A DNA stretch of 7,384 bases from Amoeboradix gromovi X-113 (GCA_018985225.1 JADGIF010000510.1:1-7384); one strand, 5' to 3'; shown: positions 1 to 7,223, counted from the stretch's first letter. The notes: generated by a model from the letters alone, not told the origin. A program made the numbers and translations.

Positions 1-71
1 CATCTGATAACTCACCATCTGTTTTCATACGATTGTTCTTCTACACCCTCGGTCTGCTTTTCACTGGGCAT
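1..71 (-). CDS. Possible 5' end of a divergently transcribed gene running off the window
   Basis: ATG at 71 gives MPSEKQTEGVEEQSYENR followed by a consensus GTGAGT donor at 15-10. Alternatively ATG at 28 gives MKTDGELSD..., open to the window edge. Confidence 0.25.
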
Positions 72-102
72 GTCGCATTTGTTTGATTTCTAGGAGTCTC
101 TC

Positions 103-1272
103 ATGACACTCGACGATCAACTAGTTCCCCAATTGCAGGAATTGTCAACGGATGCTACCAAAGCAAAAAAGAAGAACAAGAAAAAGAAAAAGGCAAAGCC
201 AAAATTTGATCGATTGGAATTCACAGTCAAAAATGATGGTAAAGATGACGAAAGCGTATTTGGTGATTCAATTCATCACATGAGAAATGGTGCTGCTATC
301 CACAAGGTTGTCCGAAAGCACCTTCGTGAGCAAATTCACGTAGGTATGTCTTATATTGATCTCGTTAATATTGTGGAATCTAAAGTTAGAGAATTGACAA
401 ATTACACACCGGAAACATATCTAAGAGGTATGGGATTTCCTTGCGGATTAAGTGTTAATCATGTGGCTGCTCATGATGCTCCAAATTTTAAAGACACGCG
501 AACCTTACAACAAAGTGACGTAATCAAGATTGATTTTGGTGTTCAACATCATGGTTGGATCATTGACTCTGCCTTCACTCACACTTTTGATCCGCAGTAT
601 GATATGCTCTTAAAAGCTGTTAAAGATGCCACTATGGCAGGAGTTAAGGCTAGTGGCATTGATGTCCGATTGGGGGAAATTGGGGGATTAATTCAGGAAG
701 TTATGGAGTCTTTTGAGGTTGAAATCAATGGCAAGGTTCACCCAGTCAAATGCGTCAGAAACCTTAACGGTCACTCAATTGGCCAGTACAAGATTCATGG
801 TGGTAAGACAGTCCCAATTGTGAAATCTGATGACTCTACTAAAATGGAGGCGGGTGAGTTTTATGCAATCGAAACATTTGGAACAACGGGAAAAGGCTAT
901 GTAGTGGATGATGGACAGGCATCCCATTACGGGCTAGCTATTCCGCTTCCTACAAGCATCCCGAAATCCAACAGAAGTCGTCAAATGTTGAATACGATTA
1001 AAACTCATTTTAATACTCTTCCATTTGCTAAGAGATACTTGATGGATGCGTTAACGTGGGATATCAATCATAATGTTAGCATTGAGAAGCAATTGTTATC
1101 CGAAAGCGGTGCTGCTTTATCTCTATCTTTATCGCAATTATGTGATCAAGGCATAGTTGAATCCTATCCTCCATTGGTAGATATTAAAGGTTCCCATATT
1201 GCCCAGTTTGAGCACACTTTGGCTATTCATCCAAATGGTACTGAGATATTAACTAGTGATGTGGACTATTAG
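103..1272 (+). CDS. MAP2: Methionine aminopeptidase 2 (eukaryotic type II, peptidase M24A)
   Basis: 389-aa intronless ORF with poly-Lys N-terminal tract (KAKKKNKKKKKAK) and the type II motifs GFPCGLSVNHVAAH, KIDFG, IIDSAFT, NLNGHSIGQYKIHGGKTVP, FYAIETFG, YPPL, AQFEHT and a C-terminal ...DY. Metal ligands (D, D, H, E, E) and the fumagillin-target His are present. Confidence 0.97.
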   Translation: MTLDDQLVPQLQELSTDATKAKKKNKKKKKAKPKFDRLEFTVKNDGKDDESVFGDSIHHMRNGAAIHKVVRKHLREQIHVGMSYIDLVNIVESKVRELTNYTPETYLRGMGFPCGLSVNHVAAHDAPNFKDTRTLQQSDVIKIDFGVQHHGWIIDSAFTHTFDPQYDMLLKAVKDATMAGVKASGIDVRLGEIGGLIQEVMESFEVEINGKVHPVKCVRNLNGHSIGQYKIHGGKTVPIVKSDDSTKMEAGEFYAIETFGTTGKGYVVDDGQASHYGLAIPLPTSIPKSNRSRQMLNTIKTHFNTLPFAKRYLMDALTWDINHNVSIEKQLLSESGAALSLSLSQLCDQGIVESYPPLVDIKGSHIAQFEHTLAIHPNGTEILTSDVDY

Positions 1273-1292
1273 TAGTAAATCGGATATATTAA

Positions 1293-1298
1293 TTTATT
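1293..1298 (-). promoter_or_regulatory. Candidate AATAAA polyadenylation signal overlapping the Cnd1 stop codon
   Basis: Plus-strand TTTATT (AATAAA on minus) in the 25-bp gap between the convergent stops. The hexamer is common in AT-rich DNA. Confidence 0.3.
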
Positions 1299-4200
1299 TA
1301 CTCTTCCATATTGTCTACAACTTCTTCATCACTACTTTTCATTCCGCTTATACTCAACCTGCTCAACTTAAGCTCTTTGTTCGGTGATTTCTTTCTTGAA
1401 TCGCTTTCTTCCTCCTCGCCATCTACATCCATGTTGTTAACTAGCATTCTTTCGATCTCACTTATAAAATCATTTAGACTAAGTTTGTTTTCGATTTTTA
1501 TGTTTTTGATCTTTTGCAGCAATCCTATCATTCGCGCATTTATGTCAGCCTCGCCTAGTGCCGTCTTGTAGTATTTGCACATGCTGATAAGTTTCATTAA
1601 TATACGGTCACATGATCCAGATGTTTTAGAATCTCCAGAGTCAGTCTCCTCTTTTCCGCTCCCGTGAAAAAGCACAATGTATTCGATTATGTTCATAATC
1701 TTGTGTTCTGTGTTTAACCTAATTAAACACTTTTCTAAAATCATTTCCATTTGCTGACCCTTGAGTAACGGTAACAAGTATTCTATAACTTTCATATACT
1801 CTGAATCGTCTATAATAACGCCTATTATATCCATCATATTGTTATATATACTGTTATCTTTGCTATTCAGTTCGATAAAGAATCCCCTTGTTATCTCTCT
1901 AATTCTTGAATTAGAATGAATAAGCAAGATGCTTAGGTATCCCATAAATTTACCAGGCTTTATCAGTCCTTGTAGAATTAATCGAGTGCTTTGTAGTAAC
2001 GCAATTTCTACTATCTTATCGTTTTCACTTAGCAGTGATTTAAAAAGTATTCCTACGCATGGTGTCATTGCGTTTGTGAAATTACTAATCATCTCACCTA
2101 ACAATATAATGGAATTTGATGATATTGAATTAACACCATTCGTATTCGAATTATCACTTTTGAAATCAATTGCACTAAGTCCACTCAAATGCAGATACAA
2201 CTCAACATGATGGGTGCAATACTGCTCATTGCTTGCCATCATCTTACCCAAACAGTAAACTATCAGATTACGAACACTATCGCATACATTCGAATCAACT
2301 TGCCTTGCTATCCAGCTCATATAATCTGCGTATCCCTTGAAGATCTCATTGTTATTGAACATTTCATTTCCAGTCACAGTCTCTATAAACTGTATAAACA
2401 AGTCTTCATTGCTCGCTGTCAGCTGCAAGGTATTTTGGTACTTGTCATGGTATTTGTTGTATATCATTGCCACGTAATCAACGGCACAGTTAGATAACAC
2501 TGCCATGATAAAAAGCATTCTAAAGTGCATTGGAATGAGCCCTGAAACACCGGATGATATGTGCAGGGTTGCATTCAGATCCTTGATTACCTTATCAATC
2601 AATAATGCGTCATCAAATGATGCTAAAAGTAGTATCGCTGATCTGGTGCATCTAAAGGACATGATATTAATGTTGTTTATTAACCACTCAACATACGTAG
2701 TGGGTGCTATATTGGTATGGTGGAGGCAATCTATAATAATCGAGTATCTGTATATCGGGTAAAGCTGAAGTAGTAATTCATATTCAATAGGAATATTACA
2801 CTTGTAGAGGATGGTAGCACATGCATTGACCTGTCTTGGCGGGATGCGACCAGAAACTTTATTTGTTGTATTCGTAGCTGCTACTGTAACAGCATTTTCT
2901 AAAATCCCTTTGAAATGAGAAACAACGTCGCTTGGTAACTGTATGTTGTTTAATACAAACATGAAGGATTCAACGTGGAGGTGGTTACAAGAGTAAAAAA
3001 ATTCAATTAATCTTTTACAGCTTATTCTTGCATCTTCCACGAGAAACAGTGACTTAAAGGTATCAAATATGTAGGACTGTAAATTATTAGAGCCATAAAC
3101 AGCATCCTTAGACCAAACTAGATTCAACACTGACTTCAATATAGATTGATTAAAGCCATACTGGCAAAGGAGCACAAGTATATCTATGATGGGAAACACT
3201 TGTTGCTTGTTGCTGTTGAGCATATTTACAAACAGTGGCGCAAATTCAGCAAACAAAGAAATGAAGTGATGAAATGACTGATAATAAACAAGCGCAGTGT
3301 TCAGTGCAGTGGATATAGAACTACCATCTACAGGATTGAATGCATTGCAAAGTGACGAGATACAGCTTGGAACATTTTCAACTTCTGCCGCACTCAAATA
3401 GTCTTTAATCATTTGAATTTGATCTTCACAATGCTTAATATCTAGTGATCCGCCGTCTTTGTCAAATGGGTGATGCTTTACAACAACTTTAAGCGCTTTA
3501 AAAGCTGCCTTTCGTGTAAAATGTGATTTATCTTTAGTTCTATTGATAATTAATTCTGTTATAGAGCAATATTCGTTCAACGGGAACAACTGCAAAGATA
3601 TCAGCTGGGATACACAGCTTATGGCTTTAGACCTACAAGTGGCATACACATCGTGAATTCGTTCTACAATCAATTCTAGCAGATGAGACAAGCAGTGAGG
3701 GTTTTTAAATTGCTGGTTATTAATGATTAGCTGCATACTAGATTGTGTAATGGCTACACGGACATGCGGATTGCTGTTGTTAAAGAATTGAATTAACAAC
3801 GGCAGTTGCTGATAAAAGGATTCATTGTTTAACAAGGTAATCAACAATCCGAGCGATTTGTGATTGCATTCAAGTAACGCATCAATCGTGTTGTAATATA
3901 CCACGACATCATTTAAATCAAAGAGTTCATTCAGACAGTTTGCAAACTGAGTGATGTTATAATCGCTAGTAGTAATAATAGTCGGAATGCAGGACTTGTA
4001 AAGATCTACTATGTTATCATTGTTCAAGCATTTAACAAGTATAGTGGCTACAGCCAAGGGTGGAATATTAAATTGGATTAAATCAAACTGGAATAAATCT
4101 ACAATAGATTGTAATACATACTCTATGTTTCCATTGCTATCAAGGAAGGATTCCAAGTTAACCAAAAATAAATCGATGTTAAATACAGACTTTTTGGATT

Positions 4201-4495
4201 TCTTGATATTTAATAATTTATAACTACTGCAGCATAATCTGGTAACAGCATAGTTATAAAGTATGCAATTAGAAAGTGATTTATGCTGGTTTCCAAGTGA
4301 TGCTGTAGCATTAGATATAATCGTATAAGCAGCCATTAATTGATCGTTATCCAATGTAGTTAAAGTAGAGATGAAATCAACATTAGACTCAAAAAGCAGT
4401 GTAGGGTCGTCCTCGATATCTCTTAACAAATCAAGAGGATCTAATGAAGATAAGGGTGGATTAGCAAGAATCGATTTGACTGTCTCAATCTGCAT
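1298..4495 (-). CDS. YCS4: Condensin I complex subunit 1 (Cnd1/Ycs4/CAP-D2), HEAT-repeat protein
   Basis: ~1065-aa intronless helical-repeat ORF with Cnd1-type motifs: ERIHDVYATCRSKAI, KDKSHFTRKAAFKAL...HHPF, CLGKMMASNEQYC, SNSIILLGEM, LILQGLIK...FFIELNSKDNSIYNNMMDII (cf. yeast Ycs4 FFTELASKDNAIYNGFIDIF), plus an acidic/basic tail. The track start at 4519 is GTG; the first in-frame ATG is at 4495 and the frame is closed by TAG at 4528-4526. Confidence 0.92.
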   Translation of the reverse strand: MQIETVKSILANPPLSSLDPLDLLRDIEDDPTLLFESNVDFISTLTTLDNDQLMAAYTIISNATASLGNQHKSLSNCILYNYAVTRLCCSSYKLLNIKKSKKSVFNIDLFLVNLESFLDSNGNIEYVLQSIVDLFQFDLIQFNIPPLAVATILVKCLNNDNIVDLYKSCIPTIITTSDYNITQFANCLNELFDLNDVVVYYNTIDALLECNHKSLGLLITLLNNESFYQQLPLLIQFFNNSNPHVRVAITQSSMQLIINNQQFKNPHCLSHLLELIVERIHDVYATCRSKAISCVSQLISLQLFPLNEYCSITELIINRTKDKSHFTRKAAFKALKVVVKHHPFDKDGGSLDIKHCEDQIQMIKDYLSAAEVENVPSCISSLCNAFNPVDGSSISTALNTALVYYQSFHHFISLFAEFAPLFVNMLNSNKQQVFPIIDILVLLCQYGFNQSILKSVLNLVWSKDAVYGSNNLQSYIFDTFKSLFLVEDARISCKRLIEFFYSCNHLHVESFMFVLNNIQLPSDVVSHFKGILENAVTVAATNTTNKVSGRIPPRQVNACATILYKCNIPIEYELLLQLYPIYRYSIIIDCLHHTNIAPTTYVEWLINNINIMSFRCTRSAILLLASFDDALLIDKVIKDLNATLHISSGVSGLIPMHFRMLFIMAVLSNCAVDYVAMIYNKYHDKYQNTLQLTASNEDLFIQFIETVTGNEMFNNNEIFKGYADYMSWIARQVDSNVCDSVRNLIVYCLGKMMASNEQYCTHHVELYLHLSGLSAIDFKSDNSNTNGVNSISSNSIILLGEMISNFTNAMTPCVGILFKSLLSENDKIVEIALLQSTRLILQGLIKPGKFMGYLSILLIHSNSRIREITRGFFIELNSKDNSIYNNMMDIIGVIIDDSEYMKVIEYLLPLLKGQQMEMILEKCLIRLNTEHKIMNIIEYIVLFHGSGKEETDSGDSKTSGSCDRILMKLISMCKYYKTALGEADINARMIGLLQKIKNIKIENKLSLNDFISEIERMLVNNMDVDGEEEESDSRKKSPNKELKLSRLSISGMKSSDEEVVDNMEE

Positions 4496-4684
4496 GGGGG
4501 TTTTGAAAATCGAAATCACTGAGTTCTAGCCAGTTCGATTGTTTTCTTGAATAAATCATTTATCGCGAATTTGTATGCATTTTTGTATAATTTCAAGACT
4601 TTTCCAGATTTTTCTAATAGCTCAAATACTCGATATTCTTCCTTTTTGCAAATGGTAAATCGATTCTAAAGAAATAACTAACAG

Positions 4685-5121
4685 GTACAGCATACAAAGA
4701 CATATGATCTTATACACTTAGCATCGTTCAATACGAGCCAGATGCTAAGTAGCTTGTCGAGCAAGGTCGCAAGAAACATGGCTACAATGTCCCATTACAC
4801 ACTCAAGGAAAGCTTGAAGTTCAAGTGCAAACAAAGAGGAAAGACGATAATCGAATGTAATGAAGCATTTACTAGTCGGACATGTGCAAGGTGTGGTACT
4901 CTAAAGAAAACCAATTTAGAAACCTAAACCTGTAAAAAGTGTCATTTGGAAATAGATAGAGACCATATGGCAGCAAGGAACATATATACATCAAGTATCT
5001 GCATCATTATTCAATCCCGTCTCAGGATTGTGCAAGCGTGAGCAATCACTGTAACGGAGCGTCTAGCATTGCTAGTTTCTCTGTGGAAATTCTCGATTCT
5101 CTGGGAAATCAGGACTTTTAA
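4685..5121 (+). pseudogene. 5'-truncated Fanzor2 / IS607-TnpB-like RNA-guided endonuclease relic (RuvC-II, zinc finger, RuvC-III)
   Basis: Reading through the track ORF 4742-4927 gives VQHTKTYDLIHLASFNTSQMLSSLSSKVARNMATMSHYTLKESLKFKCKQRGKTIIECNEAFTSRTCARCGTLKKTNLET*TCKKCHLEIDRDHMAARNI[+2 nt]YIKYLHH...QDF*. Motifs: NEAFTS (Glu 4862-4864), CxxC 4883-4894, CxxC 4931-4942, DRD 4955-4963. Lesions: TAA at 4925-4927 and a 2-nt insertion in the ATATATA run near 4982-4988. No WED/REC/RuvC-I part is visible upstream. Confidence 0.88.
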
Positions 5122-5200
5122 CGAGTGACTGGATGGTAAACATGATGCAATAAGTTCTAGCTTTAGCTTATGATAAGTAATCGCTACTTGGTGCCACATC
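5005..5200 (+). ncRNA. Putative omega-RNA (Fanzor guide RNA) scaffold remnant; boundaries uncertain
   Basis: Lies at the 3' end of a Fanzor ORF, where TnpB/Fanzor omega-RNAs are encoded. Sequence is shared with the second copy well past the nuclease motifs. Small hairpins: CAATCC-N7-GGATTG (5012-5030) and CTAGC-ATT-GCTAG (5063-5075). Confidence 0.35.
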
Positions 5201-5549
5201 ACGATGCAATTTCTCCCAATATATCGATGTTACTTAATGAAGGACAAGTTGGCCAAAAATACTTCTTAAATGAGGATGTGCAAACATTGGATGCTTCCCC
5301 GATATTTAAATCTGCATTCAGATTGTAGTTTTAGATTGATACAATCTCAACACCGATTGAGCTCAATGGATTAATTTGACTATTAGGGCAATATGACACG
5401 CACGGTATATTTAATAAATGGGTCTTAAAGTGAACCAAATTACTCATGTTTTATTATTTATAAGAATCTTCTTGCTCTGCCGATTAGAGCGTTTTCGAAC
5501 CTAGGATGCTTTTGTTGAATTTGATACTTCCCAGTCCTATTCTATATAA

Positions 5550-5951
5550 TTAGACTTTTTTGAAGAAAGGCGCATACCTCTGATGTATCTGATACAATCC
5601 TACACCGTTCAGGTCGCATGAACGCTTCAGTTCGGGAGAAGATTCGCACCACTTGATAGAATATGGCTGAAAGTAAATCTCTGAGAAGGCACCAGTTGAT
5701 TTTGGATTACTAATGGTTGGATCTAAGAGGAAGCCTATATCGGCAAATTGATCTTCTAGTGCCACATTGCATCTTTCTTCAATGAATGTGCTTGATTTCT
5801 TCTGAAGTACAAGTAGCTTTGTCAACAGTTTCAAAAACACTACTTGACGTATCCAATGAATGCTTTGCATTATTACAGTCGTATTGATGCCGAAAGGCGT
5901 AAATACATTTAGATATTTATTATTGTTGCACTGTGCAATGTATCTTTTCAC
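5550..5951 (-). pseudogene. Unassigned degraded coding fragment (133 codons, GTG-started)
   Basis: Longest stop-free stretch between the two Fanzor ends. The same frame continues both ways across isolated TAA/TAG stops. No recognisable domain. Confidence 0.25.
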
Positions 5952-6473
5952 TAGGTACTATCTGACCAAAATATGTTTGCACAATCCTCTACAATTACAA
6001 TTTTGAAATATTGATTTTCGCCCTTGAATACCCAAATAACTTACGTCTCTAGCTTTAAGTTTCAAAAGGGACTAGATACCTTCATAATTCTATCTTCGAT
6101 TTTTGGTAAAACCACCCTATTATTCTTGGTTCCACTCTTGATCTTTGCATTTTTTTTGGGCTTCTACTTGCCACATTATTTGATGTTTGCAATATCACTC
6201 TATATTACCAATTCTCAAATGAAGACAGTTTAACATTGTTCAATTCGCGTCCATAAAAAGTGAGCGATCCATAAATTTCATATACCGCTGGAAAAGTACG
6301 TACGCTACTCATAATTGTAGAGCAGAACCGGTTTATTCCCAATTTTTAACGATATGAGTGACTCAATAATAAGAAGAGAAAGAGGTGAAGAGCAAATTAA
6401 CAGATTAAGTCATTTACTTTGGAGATGGATAAACTACTACCATTAGGTTTTGACTGATATTTTTCTCACTTTA

Positions 6474-6644
6474 GTCATGGCTTGCTAGAAGATCAACAAT
6501 TTACACCAATAAATCGAAAACTCCAGTCGTTCAGTTATCGTTCTTGCTCACAGTCCCACTACGCCGAGGTTGGATTGAATGAGGATGCGTGTAATTCAGG
6601 TGGATTTTGCTTACTGGCATGCGGTCTCTATCTACTTGTAAATT
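6474..6644 (-). pseudogene. Second, inverted and more decayed copy of the Fanzor 3' end
   Basis: Minus strand reads NLQVDRDRMPVSKIHLNYTHPHSIQPRRSGTVSKNDN*..., collinear with HLEIDRDHMAARNIYIKYLHHYSIPSQDCASVSNHCNG... at 4943-5115. Hand alignment: 112/171 nt identical with one 2-nt gap. Exact anchors: TAGATAGAGACC (4953-4964/6634-6623), ATTCAATCC (5009-5017/6580-6572), GTGAGCAA (5038-5045/6551-6544). Confidence 0.8.
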
Positions 6645-6878
6645 ATCGCTTCCGAAGTCTTCAATAATTCTGGTGCCTGAAAACCTTGGGAAAAATCTCT
6701 GGCAATCAAATAGAGAAGAAATTGAATTTATCAGAGTTATTCTTCAACCTCAATAGCTGTTTCATACTTTGCATCACATCGCAAACCCCATAATCTTGAA
6801 ACTAAGACTCGATTGGTCTTCAGCTGGTCACAATTAACTTAATACAAATAAATAGAACTGATACCTCAATTTGATATC

Positions 6879-7223
6879 ATGTTCTCAGTACTGAGCCTCA
6901 AAGAGCCAAACATGATTGAACTGCAAACTCTGAATTATAAAAAAGAAAAGAAAAGGCTATTATTCAAAGCTAGAAAAATGAACGAGTTAATACTGCTCGA
7001 GGTAATAAAAGGCAGAATTGTTAATGCCAAGCTGTGTGATGAGTATAAAACGCAATTACAATCTAAATTGTATGAGTTCCAGTCTGTCATGAACTCCCCA
7101 ATGAGTGAGTTTCAAAAATTTGAACATTCGAAAGAATACATTGGAGACCTACAGGACTTGTACTCTGAAATCAAACACAAATTATATTCTAAGAGCTCCG
7201 CTAAAGTCAGACTGCCTCAATAA
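6879..7223 (+). CDS. Hypothetical 114-aa K/E/L-rich, probably helical protein
   Basis: ATG-started ORF with protein-like composition, flanked by AT-rich spacers; basic cluster KKEKKR. No family motif recognised. Confidence 0.5.
   Translation: MFSVLSLKEPNMIELQTLNYKKEKKRLLFKARKMNELILLEVIKGRIVNAKLCDEYKTQLQSKLYEFQSVMNSPMSEFQKFEHSKEYIGDLQDLYSEIKHKLYSKSSAKVRLPQ

Larger units (their letters stand above)
4943..6644. repeat. Diverged ~170-bp inverted repeat pair (4943-5115 and 6474-6644) enclosing ~1.36 kb
   Basis: Same alignment as above; all anchors fall on one anti-diagonal. Confidence 0.8.

Noticed and set aside
1311-4223. Plus-strand ORFs 1311-1571, 1929-2210, 2189-2497, 2505-2762 and 4011-4223
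   Set aside because: All lie antisense within Cnd1 and have shadow-frame composition without motifs.
4496-4519. Track start of Cnd1 at 4519
   Set aside because: It is GTG; in a eukaryote the ATG at 4495 is the more plausible start.
4925-4927. Reading the Fanzor-internal TAA as Gln (alternative nuclear code), making the fragment intact
   Set aside because: MetAP2 ends with TAG at its conserved ...DY terminus and Cnd1 ends with TAA, and neither contains internal TAR codons. The position is normally aromatic (TAT/TAC), and the copy also has a frameshift and lacks its N-terminal half.
5011-5202. 63-aa minus-strand ORF
   Set aside because: GTG-started, antisense to the Fanzor tail, no motif.
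5718-5741. DIGFLLDP as a hAT transposase LDPR motif
   Set aside because: Too short, lacks the Arg, and no hAT dimerisation motifs follow.
5973-5999. CNCRGLCKH as a SWIM zinc finger of a Mutator transposase
   Set aside because: Only 3 residues separate CxC and CxH, shorter than typical SWIM spacing, and no DDE domain is visible.
6024-6233. 69-aa hydrophobic plus-strand ORF as a membrane peptide
   Set aside because: TTG start; hydrophobicity follows from T-rich sequence.
6482-6667. 61-aa plus-strand ORF
   Set aside because: TTG start; it is the antisense of Fanzor copy 2.
6737-6784. Minus-strand LRCDAKYETAIEVEE* as upstream continuation of Fanzor copy 2 (cf. FKCKQRGKTIIECNE)
   Set aside because: Offset differs by 17 nt from copy 1 and the intervening CxxC motifs are not recoverable; cannot be distinguished from chance.
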